A DNA stretch of 64,000 nucleotides from Gnetum montanum. Taxonomy: Eukaryota > Plantae > Gnetophyta. A program made the position numbers and the translations under genes. This document shows positions 36,623 to 50,640 of this stretch, piece by piece; position 1 is the first letter of the stretch, and every line of letters starts with the position of its first letter. Below the pieces are notes generated by a model. It was not told the origin of the DNA, did no database searches, and worked only from the letters and a program-made list of their open reading frames with translations. Where the stretch lies: contig MNCI01000651.1 of NCBI GenBank assembly GCA_015680685.1, positions 2,170,509 to 2,234,508 on the forward strand, in the 5' to 3' direction.

Positions 36623-39600
36623 TAATGAGTGGCAAGGTACCCCTACACTCAACCATACAAATAAGAGCGTTCATGCATGATCTGGTTGAACTTTGCAAAT
36701 AGAATACTTGTGGTATCTAAATGGTTACACATTGATCATAGTTCATTGTCTTCCCACTTGGACTAGTATTTACTTGGTCATGTATGGTTTAGTCTAAAGT
36801 GAGGTAAATGATGTGGTCCTAAACTAGTGCTACTCTTAGAGACAATGGAAAATAAGCTTGATTAACTAATAAGTAGTAGAAAATGAAGTCTAAGCTAGCC
36901 TAAGTGTGATGAGAATCTGTCCTTAATCATCCATATGAATCTTGGACCTCATGTACTACTTCTGGGATTACCAAGCACACATTACTTAAGCACTCCTAAA
37001 TACGCTACTGGGTTACCAAGTAGTTACACTTCAATATCCGTGATTAAGTTGTACTCATTCCGCATTTAACTACATGAATAGTAAATGATAGTAAAGAAAT
37101 ATTAACTAAGAAAAAAATAAATAACCATAACAATTAAACAATTAAAAACTAAGTAAATGCTACAATGATAGAGCAATCTCAATCTTTATTGTCGATCATG
37201 TGTGTGTCCAAGTATGTCACACTCGAATAAAGGTTCTATACAATTACAGTCATCACACTGTGGGCATGCACTAGGGAAAGAATTAAAATTAGCTGAAAAA
37301 ATTACAAATTGACTCTATTCTAACACTATCTAACTCCTTCCTATGCACCCAAATGTGTATTTATAGGCTTACACAGGAATCATGATATCCTGTATCTGAT
37401 ATCATTATCCAGGCTACGATATCACGTACTTGATATCAAGGATCTGATATTGGGGCATGGCAAATCATGATTCATCATACCCCCACAACTAAATGAAAAC
37501 TTGTCCTTGAGTTAAAAAAAATGAGAACAAGTTCAATTGATTACACAGTGGATAGGTATGGGCTTATTGACTAACTAAGAGAATTTATTCATGCTACAGT
37601 GGAGAATTGAACACAACAAAATTGGGACATAGACATAGAATTACAAAAAGATAAAATTTTGTTAGAACTCATGTGGATCCTGGTGGCAATGGTTCCTCCA
37701 TGGGTCTCTTTCCCTTATCTTGTACTCTATATTTTGAAAATTGATGTCTCTAAAGAAGTGCCTAGAGCTTTTCTTCCTCTATTCGAAGATCCTGTGCCAT
37801 CCATGTTGATGCTCCAATGTTTGATGGAGTGGACACCTCCCATGGATATGCCAGTTGCAGAAACATCTAGTTGGCCTTGACATACCAAGCCACAAATGGT
37901 CGTCTCTCCTCTTCATAGGCTCTAGCTTTATCCTTGTATTCTTGATAACTTATGAGCCATCAAGCCAAATCTACCACAACATCCTTTTATCCTTGGTAGC
38001 TAGTCTTGACCACCTCTGACTTAGAATTTTTGACTTCTAATTTCTGTAGTGTCTTTTTGTGCTCAGAAAATTATATTTCATACTTCGCGTAGGTGGTTGC
38101 TACCTACTTTTGCAATTCCATTCTCAAACATCCTATTTTCAACATGGCCAAGATGACATATCACAAGTTTGCCAACCCCATGTACTCTGTAAGGTCTTGT
38201 ATATGCAAGTCTTGCCCTTTTAGTTCAACTTGGTGGGTGAAGTCATAAGTATCCAATATGGCCCACCAATTAGTGTTTTGAGCACTAAGAGCATTAATGT
38301 AGGATTTGGCCATATGGATTTCTTTTTCTATCACATGTTTGTACATCCTCACCTGATATTTGAAGTGCTCTTTGAGCATCTCATGTTTCTTAGACTTATT
38401 CTGCCACATGCTTATTTCAATTATCATCTTTTGATGGATCACGTGTACCTCCTCCATTGAGAGGGTTCTGTTTTCTTCGGTCAAGCAATTCATGTCCTGG
38501 TTGATCCTTATTAATTGTTCCCACAATTTCTGAAAATTTTATTTGAGAACATTCTTTTGTTTTTCCACTATAGTCAACCAGAGATTGTCAATGGTGAGCT
38601 ATTTATTTTCTTCTTGTAAGGCCTTAAGTGCTTTGGCATGTGCAAATATTTGAGCTTGTGGCTTGGAAGCATCCAAATTGGCCTAATCTTTTTCTTCCAC
38701 CACTTTTTTATTCTCTTCTAGTAATTTATTAAGCTGATCTATCCAGAAGGACTCTAGGTTGTCTATGGGGATGAATTGAGATGGATCTCGCTGTATAGCT
38801 TATAGGGTGACAAGCTTTTCTTAGAGTTTTTCTAACTCCGCATCTACATGCTCGACCCTGACCTCTGCCATGACTAGCCTCTCTTTTGTGAAGATGAGGT
38901 CTGATTGAGTTGTTGTGACATCTTGAGGGATGTCAAATAGAAATATCATCACTTGTTCTATCTATAACAACTGATCTAAAACATCCCCATGATCCATAGG
39001 AGTCATTGAGGGATCGGCCAATGTTTGAGCATTGCATGCTCTTGTAAAATCTACTGATGGCATAATAGAGACATTAAATGATTCTTTTATGTGGTTTGTG
39101 ACCACTTCTACTTCTCTCACTACATCTTGGTGCTACATGACCACTATTGTGGCAGCTTCACCAGTTTTTAATTGTACCTGAAACGATGCAACATTTTCAG
39201 AGATCTGTTGTAACTAGTGGGATTCCCCTCCTTCTATTTGAATAGATACCTTACTTCGTGCATGATCAATTGAGACTTTGGATTGTATAGCATCATCGAT
39301 GAGCTTGAAGAGATTGGCCTCATCACATCTTCCCCAACTAACCATTTTAGCAATGACCATGAGATGGATCATCGACGGTTGATAGTCCTACGGCGACAAT
39401 GATGGCCAATCTTGTTGGCCTGTAATTTGTGTGCTAGGCCCCACTTCCTATTCTTGCTCAGGTTCCAGTGTCTTACTAGCAATTTTCCTTAGGGTTGGTG
39501 GCTTTAGTAATTTAGTGAATGAAGCATTTTAGGCCTTTCTAATGATGTCATTGGTGTACCCCAGAATCCCAACATGTCAGCATAGCTTCCTGATGAGATA

Positions 39601-39810
39601 GGGGAATGGCAATATGAACTTCCCCATCTTACGTTCTTTAAAACACCTCAAAAAATTTGTAAGATATAGATGGGGTAAGTTAGCATTAGCCTTTCCCATC
39701 AAGGTGGAACTTCCTCTAGCCACATATGTGGAAATTCTGTTTAACCCTTTTGTGGAGAAGATGTGATATGTGCCGATTTTAAAGTAGATTCTCTCTTCAA
39801 GTGTCAACTC
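36623..39810 (-). mobile_element. Athila-like element 3' part: extra ORF relic (~39810-37670), PPT, 3' LTR (37477-36623)
   Basis: LTR homologous to 47133-47931. G-rich PPT adjacent at 37479-37484. ORF fragments 39577-39807 and 38161-38526 are homologous to 49840-50640 where they overlap. Confidence 0.8.
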
Positions 39811-40262
39811 ATCAGGACATATGTGGAATTTAAAATATCTAATAAATATTATTATTTTATTTATTATTTAATTTATATTTTAAATCAAATAATTAAAATA
39901 TCTAAGGTAATGGAAGTTGGGAATAAAGAATTTTCCTTGCCTTCACTTGAATAACCATATCTAAGTTGCACTTTGTGTGACCCTCATTAGCACTAGTGAT
40001 TGGTGGCTGGTAGATGTTTAATTCACCTCTTATCATTATCTTAGAAAAGGAGGTAAAGAATAATAAAATAATATTCAATAATTATATATATATATATATT
40101 TATCACATATATTTTTTTTTGTAGAATAAGTAAGAAACAACTTCAAGTTTAAAGAAGAAATTAAATTATTAGAGCATAGGATCATGAAAAATGTACTAGA
40201 GCTAGAAAAATATAGTGAACATGGACTTGTTTGAGGATGAACAAAGCCTAAGGGGCCTAGAT

Positions 40263-40742
40263 TGTCACGTCCCCATTTCCAAATGATGTTGTTGCATAAG
40301 GAAGATTATGCCTCTTCATAACAAGTATTATTGTTCTCATAATAAGACCCAAAAGGGTAGTTCTAATTGAAACTTGAAAAGGTGCATTGTATTAATGGAC
40401 ATGTCTCTTGAGGTAACCCTTGGTGGTTTGACCTAAGGCATATATACTTGGGCTTAGACGTTGTGTCATGCATGGAATGGGGAGCTAGTACAACCATGTT
40501 ATAAGAGCTAGGTGAAGTGGGATAACAAGTAGATTGGCAATCCCTTCTAGTCGGGTTATAGGCCTAACCATGATGGTAGTGTTGGATTTCCTATAAGGGA
40601 TAGATGTCGAAGGAAGAAAACCCCAACAAACACTCTTAGAGCATGATCTAGATATTCCATTCTATATCAATAAATCATTCTTTTCTTTCGCTTTCTGCAC
40701 TTTCTCTATTATTTTCCTTTATGCATAATGTCAAATGTTACA
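40263..40742 (+). repeat. Probable LTR of another gypsy element, preceded by a PPT-like 3' end
   Basis: TTGAGGATGAACAAAGCCTAAGGGGCC then TGTCACG...TGTTACA, with an internal TATATA. Confidence 0.4.
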
Positions 40743-41209
40743 TATATTTAAAATTTAGTATATTGTCTTCTTACACATAATGTCTAATATAATGTATATT
40801 TGACATTTGCTATGACATTTGAGGATGAGATGTCACACTAATGGTTTGATACCAATAACACTGAAGCAGGTTCAATTTGTTTATTTTAACCTTCAATCCC
40901 ACTAAATCCATATATTATGAAAGATAATTAAATATGCTACAAAATAAGAAAACTAGCTATCTTTAATTTATGTAAATAATATTTATAATTAGTGGTTTCA
41001 CAACCCATAAACATTGAAATCACTCATAGACACTCAAACAACATCACAGAGCATGAGGCTATATAATTGCATAATGATTATCCTCACTACAAGGCATAAC
41101 TAAATGAGTTCACACTGACACAAGCACATAAGAGACACACATAGGTCAAACACAAAGACAATTGAACATAGAGTAGCATGCACACACATGCATCCTTAAC
41201 TTATGCTCT

Positions 41210-42080
41210 TGATGAGTGGCGAGGTACCCCTACACTCAACCATACAAATACGAGTGTTACACACGTGATCTGGTTGAACTCCACAGAGTAAGTGCCTACA
41301 TGCCTTATGGAACACTTAAGGTTAATCATTCATTGTCTTCCCAGACTTACTTGTATTTTTCACAGTTCTATGGTTAAGTAAGTCTGAGGTATGTGATTTT
41401 TATAGTTTTTATGTTTTATCTTCTATGCTAGTGATGTGAAGGGTGAATAGACTAATTAACTAACTCTAACTAACTAACTAAGCCTTAATCAACCTAGCAT
41501 CAGCATGCATTCCCACTTGGCATTCACACCTTGAACCAATTCAACCTTGGTTACCAAAGGCTAGTCGTTACTGGGATCACCAAGCGTAACGCACGTGCTC
41601 GAAGCGGTCGTACTAAGGCACTTAACTAGGAGAGAGAAGGGTTGAGAGAGATTTAATTAACTAATAAAGTATTTAAATGAAAATAAATAAATAATAGTAG
41701 ATAAATTCCTAATTAGCCTAATCCATTCACTGCAAGGTTTATCCAAGAAGTTCTTCTTTATTTCTGTACACAAACTTGTGTTCAGGTATAATATTTGCTC
41801 GAATAAAGATCCGTTCACTTTGGAGTTCCTTCTACAGGCACATGGAAATTATTCTATCTCTAGAAGGGGAAAATTGCTAGAGTTTTGCTACCATCTAGGC
41901 CTAGAATGGGAAAAAAGGGAGAGTCTCTTCTTATGTATACACTTGGCAATGCACCATGATATCGCGTACGTGATATCGCGGCAGACGAGATATCATAGCC
42001 CATGCGATATCACGTCCCATCAGCTCTCATGCCACTTTCATCTCATCTCATGACATGTCATGTCAAAAACATGATCATAC
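41210..42080 (-). repeat. Athila-like LTR (second subfamily), apparently solo; right end approximate
   Basis: Begins TGATGAGTGGCGAGGTACCCCTACACTCAACCATAC like the other copies. 41320-41390 is the reverse complement of 59350-59415. No TSD found. Confidence 0.7.
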
Positions 42081-42749
42081 ACATATAATATTTATTGAAA
42101 ATAGAAGAGAATAATCCAAGAAATCTATTATTGTGATCAACATAGAGATTTCCAGTTTTTTCTTTCTTATAACATCTTTTTTTGGCTATTTTCCACTTTG
42201 GAATTGCCAACTCAAAATTTTTGTAGCTCTACTAGTTACCTCTACTTTTCCAATATGTCTCCTTATAACATCTAATATTTGTATGAGATGTATTCTTACA
42301 ATGGGAGATATCTCTTGGAGAAGTAAGACTTATCTACTTAAGTTGGGACATCTTCCCTAAGATGTTTTCTAAAATCTTGGATGTCTCACTTGAGACATCT
42401 TTAAATAGGTTGAGATGTTTTGTCATTATACAAGATTTATCCTTTACATATAAGATGTCTCTTCATCAATCGATATGTCTCCTTTGCATATGAGATGTCT
42501 CCTATCAAAGTCAAATCTTGGTAGAAATGTCTTCCAGACATGTGGAACATCTTTTGCCTCATTCCAGTTTTCATCAAAGATGTCTCCTTAACCTCCAAGA
42601 TGTTTTTCCATCAACTGAAACCTACAAAAATCATATATAGGAAATATAAATGGGTTTAAAAGATATGTTCCTACACCACAGTCAAAGATACATTGCCTAT
42701 TATTAATTAGTCCAACAATAACTCTATATCAATATCACATCTTTAGCCT

Positions 42750-45151
42750 TCTCTAGATTGTGGAAAGTTGGACACCAAGATCATAGTCAAGTTTCTATTT
42801 GGATTTTTTACAAGTTAGAAAGCATAGTAACTATGGGATATTAAGGGTAAGAATATTTTGTTTTCAAGAAATATGATTTTTAAAGATAACTTCACAAAAT
42901 CATTCACACACATGATGATAGTTAAAGAAAATATGACATTTTCTTCTTATATATCTTATAAAAGATTGTAGTTCAAGTTGACCTTACTAGAATATGAGGA
43001 TCATAAAGCTAACATGACTCAATATATACTCAATCCACTTGGTATACTAAAACCATGAGTAGATTGCCTTTATGATTTCAAAATTAGTTGAAAGACTTGA
43101 AATCATGGAATTTGAAACATGTAAATGAGTTACTATTAAAACATTTGAGAAGTAAAAAGCATTTATGTCATAGGGTTCCTTTGTTCTAATTGATACAAAG
43201 GATTGTTTGAATCAGTAAGCCTATAAGTGTGCATAATGTACTTAAAGATAAAGAATAGATTAGTGCAATGAAAGCAAAATTTGACATTTGAAGATGTAGA
43301 ATACTTGGGAACCTATCACATCCATAAAAGCTCATTGAACTCTATGATGAAAGTGGATGTTTAAAATTAAAAGAAAAATAAATAACACCATTGAAAAGTA
43401 TAAGGCATAGATAGCAATAAAAAAATTTATCCTTAGCATAAGGATATTGATTATAAAGAGACTTTTGTTCTAATTGTGAAGTAGAGAACCATAAGAGTTA
43501 TTTTTCCACCAGCAAGTGCTTATGGTAAGAAGTTTTATGAATTAGAAATCAAATATACATTTTTAAATGGATATATGAAAGAGGAACTATTTATGTACCA
43601 ACTAGAATATTTTGTAAAATGTTTTGATCCAAATTATGTTTATAGAATAAAGGAATCCTTGTATAATTTGAAACAAGCTTCCCAAGAATAGCACATAAAC
43701 TTTAATAATTATTTATATAAATCGAGGTTTAAAATACATGATGTAAATGTTAGTTTATACATATACTTAAATAAAGACTCGTGAAGCACTGTTATTCTTG
43801 TATTGTATATTGATGATATTATTATCATATTAGAGTTACAAGCTTTGATTCATATGGTTAAGAGTTAAAATCAAAATTTGAAATGCCAAATCTAGGAATT
43901 TTCAATTACTTTTTTGGTTTTGAGATAAATCAATTCACACACATATATGTTAATTACATAAAAAAAGTACATAGTTAAGTTATTGACAAAATACTATATG
44001 TTTGATTATGAGTTGTAGGTGATACCTCTAGATCTAGGTAGTTGCCTTAAGTTGAATGATTTAGAAATTATTAAAAAATGCTATGGAGTTTCAATAATTG
44101 ATTTCCAAATAAATTTATCTTACCAATTCAAGACTAGATATTGTGTATGTATTAAATTTGTTATTATGATTTAATTAGAAATCAACCAAGAGCCACATGA
44201 TAATTGCTCTAAGAATTCTTAAATATATTAAAGGAACTATGGGTAAGATATCACTTACAATTACTCTTTAAAACATTATTTTTAAGGGTCTACTAATGTT
44301 GATTATGGAGGAGATGCCATCAGAAGATGTTCAACTATAGGATTTTACATTAAATATAAAGGAATTGTAATAATATGATATTCTATGAAATAAAAGATAA
44401 TTTTACTTTCATCCATAGAATCAGAGTAAAATGTAGTCATTCATTTGGTAATAAAATTAAAATGTCTGAATCAACTATTTGTAGAGTTAAACAAAATTTC
44501 AAAACCAATCACTATACTATGATAATCAAAGTACTATTAAGTTGATTAAAAATTTTATTTTCCTTGAAAGGACAAAGAACATTGAAATAACAATACATTA
44601 CATAAGACATGCCTTTACCAAGGGATTGATAGAGCCATTTTATATTATTATATTTGATTAATAAGCTAGTGGTTTCACCAAACTATTAAGTTCAAGGAAT
44701 TTTAAAATGTTTGTTCAAGATATATGGTTATGTCATTAAACCCATGTATCAAATGACAAAAGGAGTTAAAGATTGACAAACTTATACATTGGTTTTTCTA
44801 TGAACCATAGATAACTATGGTAAAATTGTAAGGTCTAATAGTGATAGTTATATGTATTTGATGATTATCATATGATGTTTAAAAATGTGAATAACTATGG
44901 TGATTATCATCTAAAAATTATTATTATTATTATTGCAACTAGTTATGAAGAGACATGACTTTGTAGTTTTTTAGTTATGTTGTTTTGCAAAGTTTCTAGT
45001 GTTTTATATACCAAGGCATTTTATACACTATAATAATGAATACATCATTTACATTTTATGGAAAATTATCTTGGTATTTATTTATTTTCTTTGAAGTACA
45101 GTTGTTGTCATTGCTAAAGGTTCTAACCCTATGGTTGTATTTTTCTTAACA
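42750..45151 (+). mobile_element. Highly decayed Ty1/copia 3' half: INT tail, RT, RNase H, probable 3' LTR (~44765-45151)
   Basis: KLDTK...ILFSRNMIF; KWMFKIK...IEKYKA; DYKETF; FLNGYMKEEL; LYIDDIII; ERTKNIEI. Confidence 0.85.
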
Positions 45152-45849
45152 TAGAGTAGTAACGGATAAATAGTTACGTTAGGGATTAGAACCTAAGATC
45201 TTAGGTAGCTGATAGCTTTTATACTAATACTAATATTTGATTATATTTGTGTAGATACAAAGGATATGTCAGATAAATGAACTTATGCAAAATACATCAA
45301 TAGAAATAAATCTTTAGTACAATAGATATGTCTAATATTTATGTAATTTAAACATATATTTTATATAATTCTCTAAAACTAACACTAGTAGGTTTAATAG
45401 CTCATGTAAATAATGACTAGAGATTTGCAATTTTCTTGTAAAGAAATATATTCTACAACATTGTAATAATACATTTTACTTATCTTCTACTACTTGTACT
45501 AAACACAATTAACATATTTTGTCTTCATATTACTCATTATTCTATTTTTTTTGGCTTTTTAAAGTAGAAGACAATAAATGTTTTCTTTTATTATACAATA
45601 TGGATTTATTTTAATTAAATAGATGAAATTTTCAGTTTGATGAATACTTGTAATATTATTTTGACCACAATCCATATATCTATTTAATCATTAAGTGTTT
45701 TTTAATCATAGGAGCTATATATTGTATCATTTTTAGTAAACTTTGCACCACTTGTTACATATATCTATCTAGGCAATCTCTTGGAAGTTTGTATCTATCC
45801 AAGGAAATAGTGTCATTTTCAAGAGTAATTCCTACATCATAAACAAACC

Positions 45850-47132
45850 AAACGTTGAAAAAACTATGAAAAATAAAAGCCTTAAATAATAGAATATATT
45901 GCCTTGAATGTGACTATCTCAATGAAAAAGAAGACATCATAAGAAACCATATTACTCAAGAAAAGCATGTCCTCACAACAAAATCCAATCAAATTCCAAA
46001 CAAAGATGAAGTCAAGGAAAAGGATAATGAGAATTTAAGCAAGTCTAGACTTTAACATGGAATGATTGTTCACCCATCCTATTACAAAATTAAAAGAATG
46101 ATCAAGCAAGAAATAGCTATAGGAATAAAAAAATTTAGAAATTCCTCAAAAAAATGTGAGATTTTCATATAAGGAAAGCAAATCAATTCTTCTCATAACT
46201 CTTACATTGTAAAGAAGGAAAAACCATTTGATCTTCTACACATGGATCTTATTCAGCTAATGCCCACTATTTTAATAGGAGGGGTAAATTATTTCATGAT
46301 CATAGTAGATGACTACTCAAGGTACACTTGGACTTAAAATTAGAAGAAAAAATATGAAGTCATCAAATACTTTGAAATTTTTCATAAATTGATGAATGTC
46401 AAGATTAAGATCATTAGATTAGAAAAAGTAGGTGAATTCATAAACAAAGAACTTAACAAGCTCTATAAAAAATATAGTATCTTTCATTAGACTACAAGTG
46501 GATATAGCTTGTAATCAAATGGAGTACTTGAAAGAAAAAATAGAATAATATAAGATATGACAAGGTGCTTACTAAAGCATGCCTTACCAGCTAATCAATA
46601 TTGGAGTATAGTTGTCACAACTACTTGTTGCATTTCTAATGAAATCATTACCAAAAGTAATGAAGATAGATCTCCATATGAAGTTCTATACAATAGAATT
46701 CCTAACTTGATTCATATGAGAATATTTTGGTGGCATTGCTATGTAAAGACCCTAAAATAATTTATTGACAAACTTAAAGACAAAGGAAAGAAATGCATCT
46801 TTCTTGGTTATGATTCTCATACTAGTGGATATAGGTGCTACGATCAAATGAATTAAAAAATGACATGTTTCAAGAGATGTTATGTTTGCTAAGATAAAAT
46901 TTAGTGCAAGTGACTTTTTTAAATAACAAGAGAAATTAGACACATATCAAAGTTCAAAATCTTGGATTCAAAGAGAGTATCTTCGCACTTAAATGCTAGA
47001 CAAATGTTGAAAGAAGGATTACAAGATCTCATAATATTATAAAAATGGCTTATTTAGTAGTCTCAAGTGGACCAACCAATGTAATGAAGCCATGAATTTA
47101 AAGGTTTTGAAAGAAGTCATGGACAAATAGTA
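45850..47132 (+). mobile_element. Decayed Ty1/copia pre-integrase and integrase, interrupted at the RT start by an Athila-like insertion
   Basis: PFDLLHMDL; YFMIIVDDYSRYTWT; NGVLERKNR; SPYEVLYNRIPNL; CIFLGY; KEVMDK directly before TGATGAA at 47133. Confidence 0.85.
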
Positions 47133-49376
47133 TGATGAATTGTGACTCATCTGTTTGCGATATCAAACCCACGATATCGAATACACGATATCAGGTACAC
47201 AATATTGCATCCAACAATGATATCATATATGCGATATTGCGGTTCTTGAGTGGGCCTATAAATACACATGTAGGCACACAGGAAGGGAGTATTTTTAGTC
47301 AATTTTAGTGAGTCAATTTAGTGTAGGATCTTTTTGTTAGTTTTTTCCTTTCAACCCTTTCTCCCAGTGCATGCCCATAGTGTGATGATTGTAATTGTAT
47401 GACATCCTTTATTTGAATGTGACATACTTGGACACACACATGACCAAAAATAAAGATCGAGATTACTTCATCATTGCAGCATTTACTTAGTTTAATTATT
47501 TAATTGTTATTGTTATTTATTNAGCGTACCTAGGCCATGTGCTTGGTAATCCCAGTGGTATTCATGCACAAGGTCCAAGATGTATATGGATGATTAAGGA
47601 ATGGATGCTTATCGCACTTAGGCTAGCGTAGATTCTCTCTCCCTATCTCCTATTAGTTTAGATTCTCTCTCCCTTTTCCTCTTAGCTTAATTAAAGATAT
47701 TTTCCATTTCTTCTAGAAGTAGCACTAGGTTCAAAACCACATCATACACCTCACTTTGGACTAAACCATACATGACAAAGAAAATACTAGTCTAAGGGGG
47801 AAGACAACGAACTGCAATCAATAAGTAACTATCTAGATACCACAACTAGCTTGTTTGCGGAGTTCGAACAAATCATGCGTGAAACACTCGTATTCGTATG
47901 GTTGAGTTTAGGGGTACATCGCCACTCATCATTGGCGCTGTTGTTGGGGATGGTGCTAGTTATTTAGATTAGTTACATCATACAAGATCATTGTAACAAA
48001 GTATTCATGATACATCTTTTAGAAAAGAAAATAATTTCAATTAAGTCACATACAAATTCACACACAATGTCTCTCTCACAAGACTATGATAATGCAACAA
48101 CCACTAGGGCAATTCATTGGAGAACCAATGAATTATATGATGAAGAAGATGAATTTTGGAGTACCCAATCTAATGTAGGGATTTCCTATAAACATAAATG
48201 AAGACAACATCATCCCAACTCACAAATGCATAACATACCTAGTGACAATGAACCCCTACTAGCCACTACAAGCCTAACGCAAATACAAGAGGCTATTTAA
48301 ATATCCTGCAGGCATCGCAAGGAAAGATGTCTACCCAGGCTTGACTTAAACAACTTTCCCAAATTCTCAAGAGGCTATGAATTAGACCCACAATAGCATT
48401 TACAAGCCTTCTACAATGCATGTGCATGGAACAACATTGATAATGGATGGTAAAAACTTAAGCTCTTTCCTCTAACACTTATTGGCCATGAAAAAGTATG
48501 GTATAGGTCTTTAAGACCAAAATCAATTCAACATTGGCCAACAATGGTAGAGCTCTTCGACGAAAGATATCAAACTTATGCAAGAGTGTCAGCCTTTAGG
48601 AGACAAATCCAATAGTGGAAAAAAGCACAACATGAACCCTTGGACGTGGCCTTAGAAAGATATTATGCATTGTTAAAAAACTACCCAAGCCATGAGTTTT
48701 CCAAGGAGAGGCTAATGTATCATATCATAGATGGGCTCTATGATAAAATAAGGGAGACCCTATGGATGTATGCCTAAGGTCAACTATATGAACTACGAAC
48801 CCATCAGTTCCAGGAGCTTATCAAATGGGTAGCAAAAGAAGAAGGAGAAATGGCTAGATTAGAGAATGTTGAACAATCTCAACAGGACCAAAATATTAAC
48901 CTAGCAAAGGTCCATAAGCAAGAAAAGGGGAAATCAACTCACCTCAAGGAGGTGGAACCATCTTTGCCAGTACTACAATCATTGGATGAAATTGAGGCAA
49001 AGATCAATAAGATGATGGAATGGATGCATAAAAAATGTGGAGAATATGCCAACATTATTGGAGATAGAGTCATGATGAACCAAGAAGTAGGATGAAACAC
49101 CTTTAGAAAATTGGAAAGAAGGGTAGAAGAGAATAAGAACTCAACTACCAATCATACGTATCAATGTAATTTTTTCCTGTACGATCACCCCAAGGGCCAA
49201 TGTCCAATCTTGTCACATTTACAAGAGCATTGGGTAAAAGTGTTACATCTTGAGTTTGTATAGGGATACTGTGTTTGATCACAGTGGCAACAATCCTAGT
49301 CATGTGGAAAGCCAGCCTCAAACTAGTTATACCCTTCATATCATCCGAACCTAAGTGCTTATCAAGTCCAACATCC
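47133..49376 (+). mobile_element. Athila-like element 5' part: LTR 47133-47931, PBS 47933-47950, degenerate gag
   Basis: TGATGAA...CCACTCATCA followed by TGGCGCTGTTGTTGGGGA (tRNA-Asp-type PBS characteristic of Athila); gag FPKFSRGYELDP...LKLFPLTL...VWYRSL. Confidence 0.88.
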
Positions 49377-50640
49377 TGTCACACTGCGAGCATGCACTAG
49401 GAGAAAGGGTTGTAAGGAAACAATTGACAAAAAGATCCTACACTAAAATGACTCACTAAAATTGACTAAAAAGACTCCCTTCCCATGTGCCTACATGTGT
49501 ATTTATAGGCCCACACAAGAACCACGTTATCGCATATCCAATATTTTTGTTGGATGTGATATCATGTACTCGATATCGCGTATTCGATATCGTAGGTTTG
49601 ATATTGCAACCAGATGAATCGCGATTCATCATAACCCCATGATTGAATGAAAACTCATCCTCAAGTCAAAATAAGAACAAGCCCCATTGATTACACAGTG
49701 GATAGGTATGGGATTATTCATTGATAGGGGATCTACTCATGCCGCAACATAGAACTCAATAGAACAAAATTTGGACACAACACGAAAAATGCAAAATTTC
49801 CAAAATTACAAAATTTCCAAAATTACAAAATTAGATGGAACTCATGTGGTTCTTGGTGGTGGTGGCTCCTCCATGGGTTGCTTTCCCTTATCTTGTGCAC
49901 TAGGTTTTGGGATTTGATGATGTTGACATAGTGCCTGGAGTTTCTCCTCTTCAATTTGGGGATCCTGTGTCATCCATGTTGATGCTCCAATGTTTGATGG
50001 AGTTGGCACCTCCCATGGGCACGGTAGTTGCAGAAACATTTTTTTTTTTGCCTTAACATACCAAGCTGCAAACAATCATTATTCCTTCTCATAGGCTTTG
50101 GCTTTTTCCTTGTACTCCTAACAATCTGTAAGCCATTGAGCCAAGTCCATTGGAACATCTTTTTGTCCTTGGTAGCTTGCTTTAACCACCTCCAATTTAG
50201 AATTTGTGACTTCCAGCTTCAGCAATGTTTTCTTGTGTTCAAAAAATTCTACTTCATACTTGGTGTAAGTGGTGGCTACTTGCTTCTCGAGCTCTATCCT
50301 CGGGCATCCTGCTGTCAACATGGCTAGATTGGCATACTACAGGTTTGCCAACTCTATGTATTCTATGAGGTCCTGAATCTATAGGTCCCAACTTTTAAGT
50401 TCCACCTGATGTACAAATGTGTATGTGTCCAATATGGCCTGCTAATCAGTGTGTTTCGCACTAAAAGCTTTGATGTGGGCCTTGGCCATATGGATCTCCT
50501 TCTCGATGATTTCTTTGTACATTCTCACTTGGTCTCGGAAGTGCTCTTTTAACTTTTCATGTCGCTTGGCCTAATTCTACCACATACTTATTTTGATGGT
50601 CATCTTCTATCAAATGGTGCATACCTCCTCCATTGTAGCC
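49377..50640 (-). mobile_element. Athila-like 3' fragment: extra ORF end, PPT, truncated 3' LTR (49631-49377)
   Basis: 49377-49631 is an inverted copy of 47133-47390; 49632-50640 is homologous to 37478-38460. Confidence 0.85.
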
